From positions 192,001 through 256,000 of the forward strand of contig JAOPTT010000003.1 of assembly GCA_051531975.1 (NCBI GenBank): 64,000 nucleotides of DNA. Reading direction: 5' to 3'. The DNA is from Spirochaetaceae bacterium. Lineage in GTDB: Bacteria > Spirochaetota > Spirochaetia > DSM-2461. How positions within the stretch are numbered: the first letter of the stretch is position 1; every line of letters begins with the position of its first letter. Shown in pieces: positions 40,601-49,818 of the stretch. Below the pieces are notes generated by a model. The model had not been told where the DNA came from and made no database searches. It saw only the letters and a program-made list of their open reading frames with translations. Both the position numbers and the translations under genes were made by a program.

Positions 40601-40821
40601 CAATTAAACAGTCTGAAGATGGTACTGGTTCAATAATTAGACTATTTGAAACAGAGAAAAGCAAAACAACTTGTACTATTAAGTTTAGTAATAAGCCTGT
40701 TAAAGTATATCTATGTAATATGTTAGAAGAGATAGAAGAAGAGATAGAAGTTGATAATAACAGTGTTATAGCTTTAAACTTTCATGGGTTTGGAATTAGA
40801 TCTTTAAAAGTTATATGGTAA
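37687..40821 (+). CDS. GH38 alpha-mannosidase
   Basis: GHSHMDTAWLW, WQPDVFGY, GYGDGGGGP, ELYLELHRGT, NQFHDILPG. Confidence 0.93.
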   Translation: MIVNRKTILKLNRILSIYSKNIFSAIDELELEFTKTFEHFRSCPTKDITWQPLKKNYKWGEAWQTMWLKTSFTVPADINSDKLYIKVDSGAVEVLLIVDNEYKGIFNIEREEGVRGIHHTRLMLKNPKPGESHNIALECYAGHPCVGTMPDDAREEKAFDPETFIRTFNNVTVCTKNQNIMGFVTELRILLQIAEQTGKDSFRGASIYKVLEGVFKTVPMQPTDYSKIEIEGFINIARTMMKPLLEMKNADSAPYVGMMGHSHMDTAWLWTVDETKRKCARTFSNTLNMMDEYPDYMFLQSAPLHLEMMEKEYPSIFEGIKKRIEEGRWEPNGGSWIEPDCNIPSGESFTRHFLYGQRYLKEKFDYRADTFWQPDVFGYSASIPQILKQCGIKNFLTTKLSWNEDNKFPYDTFNWSGIDGTSVFTHFNTTHNWTDPESLISQTEVIQHKDLQDGRFCAFGYGDGGGGPQFEMLEIAPYMKNIDSVPKTDYMTVSSFMDKLNNNGNEFPTWNGELYLELHRGTLTSFHKIKRLNRQAETLLRETEFLYSSMSVSNIEIKYPAKRIEELWKIVLLNQFHDILPGTSIPEVNIKAQQELEDCIKDIKELMGELEQQSGSGDIENYHVWNSWNWDRENNLQLSNIPTDLSPTDDTLEWQKTKTIEGKNKILINGFKLPSLSSKSISFKKDENKNSNKRSFYTYKNNTLETNLYTLKFSQFGAIESLIDIEADRELVAPGGLFNNIMFGEDIPALWDNWDIDVDQHMKMSALQPDQSWEIIEEGPLQIKLANKFKAGLTSYIDQHIIIYRDSKQIDFETVVDWKEDHKLLKTEFDLDIQVDKAKYEIQYGHLERFTHTNSPQDRSQFEVCNHQWSDLSEPNYGVALLNDCKYGVSNVGSKIGLSLLKSGTHPDPSADRGIHVFTYSLLPHNCSFSTKSVIRPARELNTPLTVFKSESTQETFNSLFEIDKENILLEAIKQSEDGTGSIIRLFETEKSKTTCTIKFSNKPVKVYLCNMLEEIEEEIEVDNNSVIALNFHGFGIRSLKVIW

Positions 40822-40865
40822 CCTTGATAGATTAAAATTTTTACAGATGTGACATTAATTAAAAA

Positions 40866-40896
40866 AAGGGTCTACACCATTGTACACCCTTGTTTT
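40866..40896 (+). terminator. Intrinsic terminator
   Basis: AAGGGTCTACA-ccat-TGTACACCCTT stem followed by GTTTT. Confidence 0.55.
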
Positions 40897-41099
40897 GCTT
40901 GCTTACTTTTTTACTTTTATACTTACATCTTTATTAAATAAATATTTTTTTATATTTACTTTTTGATATGATCTAAATATAACATCAGATTATAAATCCG
41001 TACATGAGCTAGGTTCTTCATTTTGAATAGGGAAAACTCACTATTTATATGAGTAATTTTCTCTTTTACCCATGAAAAATATGTGCAATAATTATTTAT

Positions 41100-42302
41100 A
41101 TGATAAATATAACCCCAAAAGAGTTAAGAACTTTCCTAGTTACATATCAAGGTTTAAATACCAGAACTTTTGCCAATAAGCAAGGTATATTAGAATTTGT
41201 ACAACGAGTTGGATGTTTACAGTACGACCCATTAAATGTTGTAGGCAGAAACATGGACTTAGTATTACAAAGTAGGATTAAAAATTACAAACCCACTATG
41301 TTAACAGACCTTTTATATAATGATAGAGCTCTCATAGATGGTTGGGATAAAATGATGGCTGTTTATTCAGTTTCTGACTGGAGTAATTTTTATAGGGTGC
41401 GAGCTGTAAAAAAAATAGAAGTTGAAGGGACTTTAGCTTATCGAAACTCTACAAAAGCATTAGATCATGTAGATAAAGTAACCAGGTATGTAAAATTAAA
41501 CGGTTCATCTAGACCTAGTAATATAGACCTAGGAAGTACAAATCGTGGAAGTTGGGGTCATGGTAAAATAGCCAGTGCCACAATGGATTATATGTTTAAC
41601 ATAGGTACTCTAGGTATATATAACAAAAACAATACACAAAAAATATATGACTTAATAGAAAATCTACTACCCCAAAAAATATTAAATGCAGAAGATCCTT
41701 TTAAAACAGACAAAGAGTTTTACAAATGGTATATAAAAAGGCGAATTGGCAGTATTGGTATCTATTGGAATAAAAGTGGAGGTGGTTGGCTAGGTCATTT
41801 TATTTCCAAAAGTAATTTACGTATAGAACTAATTAATGAGCTTGTAGAAGATGGGGAACTTACTGAAATAATAGTTACTGGATTTACCGAGAACTTTTAC
41901 ATAAGATCAGAAGACATACATTTATTAGAAAACCTTAAACCTATAAAAAATCCTAAAGCTAAATTCTTAGCACCACTTGATAACCTATTGTGGGATAGAA
42001 AACTAATTAAGGATCTTTTTAATTTTGATTATAAATGGGAAGTCTACAAACCAGTTAAGTTAAGAGAATATGGGTACTACGTTCTTCCTGTTCTTTATGG
42101 GAATAAGTTAGTAGCCCGTTTTGAACCAGAACTTCAGCGGGGATCAAAACATTTAGAACTAAAAAATTGGTGGTGGGAAAAAAACTTTAAACCAACAGAG
42201 AAAGTCATAGATGCAGTATTAAAAGAATTTACACAGTTCTGTAAATATTTAAGTTCTCCAGGTTTATCAAAGTTATCTATAGAATTAATTAAAAGAAATT
42301 AG
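41100..42302 (+). CDS. ycaQ: HTH_42 / YcaQ-family interstrand-crosslink DNA glycosylase
   Basis: LQYDPLNVVGRN (QxD), LAPLDNLLWDR, FDYKWEVYKP..REYGYYVLPVL. Confidence 0.85.
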   Translation: MINITPKELRTFLVTYQGLNTRTFANKQGILEFVQRVGCLQYDPLNVVGRNMDLVLQSRIKNYKPTMLTDLLYNDRALIDGWDKMMAVYSVSDWSNFYRVRAVKKIEVEGTLAYRNSTKALDHVDKVTRYVKLNGSSRPSNIDLGSTNRGSWGHGKIASATMDYMFNIGTLGIYNKNNTQKIYDLIENLLPQKILNAEDPFKTDKEFYKWYIKRRIGSIGIYWNKSGGGWLGHFISKSNLRIELINELVEDGELTEIIVTGFTENFYIRSEDIHLLENLKPIKNPKAKFLAPLDNLLWDRKLIKDLFNFDYKWEVYKPVKLREYGYYVLPVLYGNKLVARFEPELQRGSKHLELKNWWWEKNFKPTEKVIDAVLKEFTQFCKYLSSPGLSKLSIELIKRN

Positions 42303-42399
42303 TAAAGGTTGTGGTGTATTTTTTTCGCAATCTAAAAAGCTTCTGAAATTATAGAATATTACTTTGCAAAACATTCTCTTAGCAATTAGAGTTTATACT

Positions 42400-43665
42400 A
42401 TGACAAGTATAAGTATTATAGATGATGATCATGTACAAATAGTATTAGTTAAGACAATATTAAGTAAATTTGGATACGATGTTAAAACATATTACGACCC
42501 CAAGATTATGTTAAGTGAATATAGTATAGGTAGTACAGATTTAATATTATCAGATATTCATATGCCTGGTTTTAGTGGTCTGGATTTACTAAATGGGATT
42601 AGAACTATCGATAAAAATGTTCCTTTTATTATGTTTACTTCATCTTCTGATATAAAATCAATTATATCTCACTTTAAAAAAGGTATTTCAGATTATTTAT
42701 TAAAACCTGTAAATCCAGATGATTTAGTCCATAGAATTGAACGAGTCCTAGAAGAAAAAAAAGTAAAAAAAGAACTCGAAAAAATAGAGCATGAAAGAGA
42801 ACTTATAGAGCTAGAGAGGCGTAAATTAGTTAACTGGCGAACTTTATATGCAAATAAAGAGACCAGACAAACAGAACAGATGATGTCATTTTTTACAAGA
42901 TCAATTAATTCTGGTTGTGGTTATGTTTGGCTTGATATATTAAACGATTTACCTAAAGAGGAAGATGGCAGTGTAATATTAGATAAGGATCTATTTCAGT
43001 TAGTTTCAGATTCTGCAGGAAGTCAAAGAAAAGCCTTCGATTATCTATCTTTTATAACTAATCTACCGGAAGTTAATAATGAAGTTGTATCTATGAAAAA
43101 TTTCGCAGAAAGTTTATCAAACCTTTATGATGTAAAACTAAAAGAGGTATACGATAAAGATAATAAAGATCTATCATTTAACATAAGCTTAGAAAATGTT
43201 GAAGGTAATCTAAATATTGCGTCAGAATGGCTTTTAAAAGTTATAGCAGAGTTATGTATAAATGCAAGTAAATTTTCTCCTGAAAACAGTCGGGTAATAG
43301 CAGAAGTTTTTAAAGTAAGTAGTCAGCAAATACATGGTACAAATAATGGTCCCAAAAGATGGATTCTTTTTCAGATAAGAAACGAACTACTTAAGTCAAA
43401 TGAGAAAGATGAATATGGGGAGGATATAATAGGTATACCCTACGATTATATAGAATTAGTATACGACCTATTTTACACAATAGAGTCATTCCCCACTGAA
43501 CACCCCAGCGAGGAGTGGTCTAATGGAACTGGATTATATATTGCAAGATATTTAATAAAAAAAATGAATGGCTCTTTAACATGTAAAAATATGATTGATT
43601 ACACAAATGGGGAAGCAAAGCCATATGTACAGTTTCAACTAGCATTACCTATAACTGATAAGTAA
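42400..43665 (+). CDS. Response regulator with a C-terminal degenerate histidine-kinase-like ATPase domain
   Basis: REC domain (IDDD, SDIHMP, KP), coiled coil, N-box ELCINASKFS and G2-box GTGLYIAR. Confidence 0.75.
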   Translation: MTSISIIDDDHVQIVLVKTILSKFGYDVKTYYDPKIMLSEYSIGSTDLILSDIHMPGFSGLDLLNGIRTIDKNVPFIMFTSSSDIKSIISHFKKGISDYLLKPVNPDDLVHRIERVLEEKKVKKELEKIEHERELIELERRKLVNWRTLYANKETRQTEQMMSFFTRSINSGCGYVWLDILNDLPKEEDGSVILDKDLFQLVSDSAGSQRKAFDYLSFITNLPEVNNEVVSMKNFAESLSNLYDVKLKEVYDKDNKDLSFNISLENVEGNLNIASEWLLKVIAELCINASKFSPENSRVIAEVFKVSSQQIHGTNNGPKRWILFQIRNELLKSNEKDEYGEDIIGIPYDYIELVYDLFYTIESFPTEHPSEEWSNGTGLYIARYLIKKMNGSLTCKNMIDYTNGEAKPYVQFQLALPITDK

Positions 43666-46600
43666 TTAAATCTTAGAACTTATACTCTCCAGGACTTCTA
43701 TAGCTTCTTTCATCTTATATTTTGATAAAAGCTTTTTACAACTGTTAAAATCAAAAATAAAGTTCTGGTCTAACTGGAACTCTTCTAGCTGCTCTAATAT
43801 AGAAATTGCAGGTTTAGGTTTCCTACTTTTTAATGAATCAACAGCCTCTTTAAGTTTGATTTTCAGATCTTCGTCTGTAATTTGTTTATCTCTAATGATT
43901 GAATTATCCTGGTCTAATTCCAAGGACTTAAGTTCTTTGATAAGATCTAATAAAGTATTCCCAAACTCTTCTAAAACTTTTTTATCATCTATTTCTTCTT
44001 TTATAGTACTTTCTACTACTTCTGCCTTTTTTTGTAATTCTGAAGCACCAATATTACCGGCTACACCTTTTACTGTATGGGCTAATCTAACTGCAAGTTC
44101 AAAGTTTTCTACTTTCACTGCATCTTCTATCTCAGATAATATATTAGAATATTCCTCTCTAAACTTTTTAATAATATTTAAGTATAACTTTTTATTGCCA
44201 TTAACATTTTTTAAACCAAGATTTGTATTAATACCTTTTATAGTAGGAATATTCAGTTCAGATTCTACAGAGTTATTATCTTGTATAAATGATTCTGGAA
44301 GTTCTCTATCTCCAGGTTTGATCCATGTTGTTAAAGCCTGCCACAAGTCGTGGGGTATTATTGGTTTAGTGACATAATCATTCATCCCTACAGCACTAAC
44401 CTGATTTCGTACACCTGTCATAGCATCTGCAGTCATAGCGATTATAGGAAGACTATCGATGTCTTTGTTCTCTCTTAGCTTTTTTGTTGCCTCGTATCCA
44501 TCCATGATAGGCATCTGAAGGTCCATTAAAACTAAATCATATGAATGATTATTATCGATTAAATCTACTGCTATCTTCCCGTTTTCTGCAATTTCAATAT
44601 AAAACCCCTCATGTTCAAGAATCTCTTTTGCAACTTGCTGATTTATTTCGTTATCTTCAACTAAAAGTAGTTTAGCACCACGTACTTTATCAAATCCTTG
44701 AGGTTTAACATCTTTATTAATAGCTATTTTCTTAACTGCGATACTTTTGCCAAAGACTTCCATTATCGTATCATATAACATAGATGGACTTACGGGTTTA
44801 ATTAAAAAACCCTGTAGCCCTACATCTGTGGCCTGTCTCATAATCTCTTCTCGGCCATAACCAGTAATCATAATAATTTTTGGAACTTCAATATTTTCTA
44901 ATTCTGATCTAATCTTTCTAGATGTTTCAATACCATTCATTCCAGGCATCTGATAATCCATTAAAACAAGGTCGTAATCCCTATTTTTAGAAGCTTTAGA
45001 CTGAACTATATTTCTGATAGCCATATCCCCGGAGGCTACAGATGTAACATTAAAAGAGAAGTCTTCTAAATATGAAGTAAGTACATCTCTTGCACTTTCG
45101 TTGTCATCAACAATTAAGATATTCAGACCTAAAAGATCTTCCGGAGTTATAATTTTTTCTCTGATTTCACCTTTAGCAATTTTAAATGGGATTGTAAAAT
45201 AGAAGTTTGATCCCTCACCATATGTACTCTCGACACCTACTTCTCCACCCATTAATTCAGCGAGTTTTTTACTTATTGAGAGTCCTAGACCAGTACCTCC
45301 GTATTTTCTTGTAGTAGATGTATCTGCTTGGGCAAAGGACTGAAACAGTTTATTAATCTGTTCCTGGGTTAACCCAATACCTGTATCTTTAACTTCAAAC
45401 TTTAGAGTAACAGATTTATCGTTTCTTTCAACAACATTAGTAACAACAACAATCTCACCTTTTTCTGTAAATTTTACAGCATTATTAGTTAAGTTTAATA
45501 AAATCTGTCCTAACCGAAGTGGATCACCAATTAAATTATTGGGAATATTTATATCCTGATCAAAAACTAATTCTAAGTTCTTATCTCTAACCTTATCCCC
45601 TATCATTCCAGATAAGGTACCAAGAACCTCGTTAAATACAAATTGAGTATTTTCTATTTCTAATTTCCCAGCTTCAATCTTAGAGAAATCTAATATATCG
45701 TTTATAATACCTAATAAGTTTTTAGCTGAACTGCCAATTTTGTCTACATAATCCAACTGCTTATGGTTTAAATCTGTTTTTCCTAACAAACTATCTAACC
45801 CTATTATAGCATTCATCGGTGTTCTAATCTCATGGGACATATTTGCTAAAAAGTCACTTTTTGCTTTATTAGCATCATCAGCTATATCCTTAGCACTGGT
45901 TAATTCATTTTGAATCTTTTTTAAATCTGTAATATCTATTACCCAACCTAAAATTGCCTTTTCTTCCATATAATCTATGCTAAAAAATGTTACTAAGACA
46001 TCTAAAATATTTTTATTGACATCATATATCTGTGTTTCAAGGTTTCTAATTACTCCATATTCTTTAATGCTTACAAGCATCTGATTCCTATCTTCAATAT
46101 TTACATAAGTACTAAGAATTGATTCTCCAATATTAATCCCTGTCATTTCAACTATTTTAGGGTTAACATTTTTAACTATGCCATCTACGGCAACAACAAC
46201 TCCAACAGGGCTTGAATCAAAAATAGATTGTAATTGTTCCCTTTGTTTTGATAATGCTTCTTCGTTTACTTTACGTTCAGTTATATCCTGATTGATTCCC
46301 ATAACCATTTTAGGGCTTCCATCATCGTTTCTTTCAACGATCTTACCGGCACCATATAACCATACATATTCATCATCTTTTGGGTGTCGATATCTAAATT
46401 CAGAAACATACATTTCTGTTTTACCCTCTAAATGATCTGTTAATGCTGTAAATGCATTGTTCAAATCCTCTGGGTGTAACCTCGATTTCCAAACTTCAGA
46501 AACATCTTCTTCTTCAGGGTCAAAGCCAAAAAGCTCTAAGTACATCTCGGAGCCTGTAGTTTTATCATCTGCTAAAGTCCAATTCCATGTAGCAATTCTA

Positions 46601-49600
46601 GCACTATCAGTTGCAATTTTTGTTCGCTCTTTTTCACCTTCTAATTGTTTCTGATTTTCTAATAACTCTTTTGTTCTTTTTAATACGGTCTCTTCCAAAG
46701 TTCGATTGGCATTTTCACCTGACTTCAATACTAAAATGATTATGAGACTACTCATTAACATGGTTAGTGAAAATACGATAATAATTGTTAATCTAAGGGA
46801 GTCAAAAACTGAAAATGCATCATTTACTTTTATTTCAGATATAATACCTAAACCTAAATTATCAAGCCAAAATCCAGCACCATAAACTTCTTCACCTATA
46901 GAATTAATATAACTTAACATATTTGTATAAATAGTATCGTCCTTAATATTAATTCCGTTTGTAATTACTCTATCTGCAATTACAGTAAGAGGAGCGTCTA
47001 TACTATTTTCAGTTTTTGAATATAGGTTCATTGCAGATGTCTGCCCAGGTTTTAAATAACCAAGTTCTATAAATTTTTCATCTAGAAAACTTGTGGATAA
47101 AAAGAGTCCATTTTTATCAATTGCGTAGTTACTATTTCTTTTATTATGTATAAAACTTATAGAATCAGAAAATCCCTCTTTTGGATCACACTCCAACATA
47201 ACTAATGCAATTACATTTTCATCTGTATCTGTTAATGGTCCGACAAAAAAGAGCTTTTTATCAGCTTCGAAAAACGATATATTTCCATTCCATGCACTTT
47301 CTATTAAATTTAAATCATCAACTATAAATTTATTACTAAGCCCTATCTCTTTTTCTGAACTTGAAGCTATATTTATATTTTTAGAATCTAAGATATGAAA
47401 TCCAATATTGGGGAATTCTTCCCTATATTTATTGATACTAATTCTAACATTTATTGAACTATTTGAACTTATAAAGCCATGGGTTGATTTTACATATAAT
47501 AACTCTTTGCAGATTTCTACTAGGTCATGATCTGTGCCAATATCTTTTAAATTATTATATCCATTTTGTATCCATATATTCAGATTATGTCCTGTAATAT
47601 CTAAAGAGACATCTAAAGACTGTTCTATAGCCATTAATGTTTCATTTTTATTTTTATCTAATAGCCGTAACCCTACAAATAAAATTATTATTACTACTAT
47701 ACCAAAACTAGAAAGAATAAATATACGAAATTGTTTTGACCCAAAATTTATATTAAAATCTTTTCTATTTATCATTCTAGAAATTATTATAAATAGGGCA
47801 ATAAGAATTACTAAAGTCAATATTATTTTAAGGCCATTTAGAAGTAAATTATTTGTGGTAACCGCAACATCTTCTTCAATAACATTAATTCCAACTCCCC
47901 ACTTTTTTGTAAGGGCATCAAAATCATCTCTAGGAAAGGATCTAATAGCTTTGTTTAATATTGATTGCAGTTCAGGCCAATCATCCCTGACCCCGATAAA
48001 ATACTCATCTGCACCTTCATCTTCTCCAAAGAAAGTATAAGCTCCTATTATTAAATTACTTAAACCTAGGTCACTTAATAAATAATTACCAACACCTGCA
48101 TCAAATGGAGCCGCATCAGCATCTCCAAATGCTACAGCTCTTAACGCTTCAGCTGCATTTTCAGTTTCTAATAGAACTGCTTTAGGGTATTTCTCTTTAA
48201 TATATCCTATGTCTGCAAAACCTGAAGGAATTGCAATAGTGGAGTGGTTTAAATCTTTGTCAGTTTTAAAAGATTTATTATTAATATTTATATATATTGC
48301 TGTTATGTTTTTAAAATATGAATCCGTAAATAGTGTGAATAATTTTCGCTCATCAGTTACAGAAATAGTGTGTAACATATCAACTTTTTTATTTTTAAAG
48401 TCTTCAACTGCTCCCACCCAATCATCCCGGCTTTCCCAATTTATATTTAAACCAACCATATCACTTAAATATTCCACAACATCGATACTAAAACCCTGGG
48501 GTTCATTGTTTTTATAAAAATCGTAGGGTGGATAATTTTTATCATTTATAACAGTAATTACTGGATGTCTAGATATAAACTCCCGTTCTGCATAAGTAAG
48601 CTCTATTAAACTATTTTCTATATCTTTCTCTATTAGGCTTGATATATCAATACTATATCTTCTTAGATTAGGGCTGTAAAATTTTGAATTCTTCCTAAAA
48701 TTAATGTCATTTACATCCATTGATAGAAAAAATGAAAAAAGTCCTATATTATCTTTTGAAATAGCGTTGATTGGCGTATTAAAGGATGTTCCCTCATTTG
48801 CAAAGTCTACACCTTTTAAATAGTCGTGTAGTAGAAGAACTGCCCAACTACCTTCAAGGAAATGCCCTCCAACTGATACGGACTGATTATCATTAACTAT
48901 TTCAGTTATAGAATCTGTATCCCAATTTATTCCTCCAACAAATATTTTATTGGTCAATTTAAGCTCTTTTATAGCTTTAACTACACCCCGGGCCATTAAA
49001 TCAGTAGAACACCATACAATATTTATAGAGGGGTCTTGAATATACATTTCTTTAAATACATTACCAGCAATTTCTTCTTTAAATTTACCACTTTTTATAT
49101 ATAAAGCATTAATATCTTTTGAATATTTAGAATATGATTTTAGAGCTTCTATACGGTCTTTGTTTTTTTGTGCTGTTAAGTTACCAGAGATACTAAGAAC
49201 ATTATATTTGTTTACACCATTTTTGCTGGCACTGGATATTAATTGCTGAAGAAGCAGATTTCCCATATTAATTGAGTCAGGTACCATTTTACCTATCCAA
49301 CTACTATATTTGGTTCTAGGTAAAAGCTCTTTATTTGGTAAGTCACCATCTATAATAAAAACTGGAACACTATATTTATCGGTTATTTCTAATACTTTTT
49401 CCCCATTTTTACCAGATGGAGGTATTATAATTCCATCAATACCATTAATACATTGCTCCTCTACTTTGGCCAGTAAGGCCCCGGTCGTAACCACAATTTC
49501 TAGTTCTGTATCTAGATCAAATGCTGTAGCTTCTGCATATTTTGCTAAATTAAGCCAAAACAGACCGTCACCTGGAATTAGTAGTGCAATTTTAATATCA

Positions 49601-49695
49601 GTAGAGTTTGAATATATTGGGAAAAGCATTATTAAAAAAAATGCTAATATAATTGTTTTACGAGTAGAAACCTTAAGAAAATTATTATTATTCAT
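43666..49695 (-). CDS. Multi-sensor hybrid histidine kinase (PBP type I + PBP type II + Cache-like + 2 PAS + HisKA/HATPase + 2 REC + HPt)
   Basis: [52 protein letters not shown]; the N-terminus carries sugar-PBP-like and YPPYDF..GFSID domains. Confidence 0.92.
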   Translation of the reverse strand: MNNNNFLKVSTRKTIILAFFLIMLFPIYSNSTDIKIALLIPGDGLFWLNLAKYAEATAFDLDTELEIVVTTGALLAKVEEQCINGIDGIIIPPSGKNGEKVLEITDKYSVPVFIIDGDLPNKELLPRTKYSSWIGKMVPDSINMGNLLLQQLISSASKNGVNKYNVLSISGNLTAQKNKDRIEALKSYSKYSKDINALYIKSGKFKEEIAGNVFKEMYIQDPSINIVWCSTDLMARGVVKAIKELKLTNKIFVGGINWDTDSITEIVNDNQSVSVGGHFLEGSWAVLLLHDYLKGVDFANEGTSFNTPINAISKDNIGLFSFFLSMDVNDINFRKNSKFYSPNLRRYSIDISSLIEKDIENSLIELTYAEREFISRHPVITVINDKNYPPYDFYKNNEPQGFSIDVVEYLSDMVGLNINWESRDDWVGAVEDFKNKKVDMLHTISVTDERKLFTLFTDSYFKNITAIYININNKSFKTDKDLNHSTIAIPSGFADIGYIKEKYPKAVLLETENAAEALRAVAFGDADAAPFDAGVGNYLLSDLGLSNLIIGAYTFFGEDEGADEYFIGVRDDWPELQSILNKAIRSFPRDDFDALTKKWGVGINVIEEDVAVTTNNLLLNGLKIILTLVILIALFIIISRMINRKDFNINFGSKQFRIFILSSFGIVVIIILFVGLRLLDKNKNETLMAIEQSLDVSLDITGHNLNIWIQNGYNNLKDIGTDHDLVEICKELLYVKSTHGFISSNSSINVRISINKYREEFPNIGFHILDSKNINIASSSEKEIGLSNKFIVDDLNLIESAWNGNISFFEADKKLFFVGPLTDTDENVIALVMLECDPKEGFSDSISFIHNKRNSNYAIDKNGLFLSTSFLDEKFIELGYLKPGQTSAMNLYSKTENSIDAPLTVIADRVITNGINIKDDTIYTNMLSYINSIGEEVYGAGFWLDNLGLGIISEIKVNDAFSVFDSLRLTIIIVFSLTMLMSSLIIILVLKSGENANRTLEETVLKRTKELLENQKQLEGEKERTKIATDSARIATWNWTLADDKTTGSEMYLELFGFDPEEEDVSEVWKSRLHPEDLNNAFTALTDHLEGKTEMYVSEFRYRHPKDDEYVWLYGAGKIVERNDDGSPKMVMGINQDITERKVNEEALSKQREQLQSIFDSSPVGVVVAVDGIVKNVNPKIVEMTGINIGESILSTYVNIEDRNQMLVSIKEYGVIRNLETQIYDVNKNILDVLVTFFSIDYMEEKAILGWVIDITDLKKIQNELTSAKDIADDANKAKSDFLANMSHEIRTPMNAIIGLDSLLGKTDLNHKQLDYVDKIGSSAKNLLGIINDILDFSKIEAGKLEIENTQFVFNEVLGTLSGMIGDKVRDKNLELVFDQDINIPNNLIGDPLRLGQILLNLTNNAVKFTEKGEIVVVTNVVERNDKSVTLKFEVKDTGIGLTQEQINKLFQSFAQADTSTTRKYGGTGLGLSISKKLAELMGGEVGVESTYGEGSNFYFTIPFKIAKGEIREKIITPEDLLGLNILIVDDNESARDVLTSYLEDFSFNVTSVASGDMAIRNIVQSKASKNRDYDLVLMDYQMPGMNGIETSRKIRSELENIEVPKIIMITGYGREEIMRQATDVGLQGFLIKPVSPSMLYDTIMEVFGKSIAVKKIAINKDVKPQGFDKVRGAKLLLVEDNEINQQVAKEILEHEGFYIEIAENGKIAVDLIDNNHSYDLVLMDLQMPIMDGYEATKKLRENKDIDSLPIIAMTADAMTGVRNQVSAVGMNDYVTKPIIPHDLWQALTTWIKPGDRELPESFIQDNNSVESELNIPTIKGINTNLGLKNVNGNKKLYLNIIKKFREEYSNILSEIEDAVKVENFELAVRLAHTVKGVAGNIGASELQKKAEVVESTIKEEIDDKKVLEEFGNTLLDLIKELKSLELDQDNSIIRDKQITDEDLKIKLKEAVDSLKSRKPKPAISILEQLEEFQLDQNFIFDFNSCKKLLSKYKMKEAIEVLESISSKI

Positions 49696-49782
49696 TTTTA
49701 ATCCTTGTTACAAATTATATATAACAAAGGATCATTATTCAAACAATTAAATTTGTCATTATTGAATTATTACAAGTTAAAA

Positions 49783-49814
49783 TATGTAGCATATAATTCC
49801 TCATATGCTACATA
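49783..49814 (-). terminator. Terminator of the GH3 gene
   Basis: Perfect 12-bp stem TATGTAGCATAT/ATATGCTACATA just after the GH3 stop, followed by TTTT on the minus strand. Confidence 0.7.
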
Positions 49815-49818
49815 ATTT

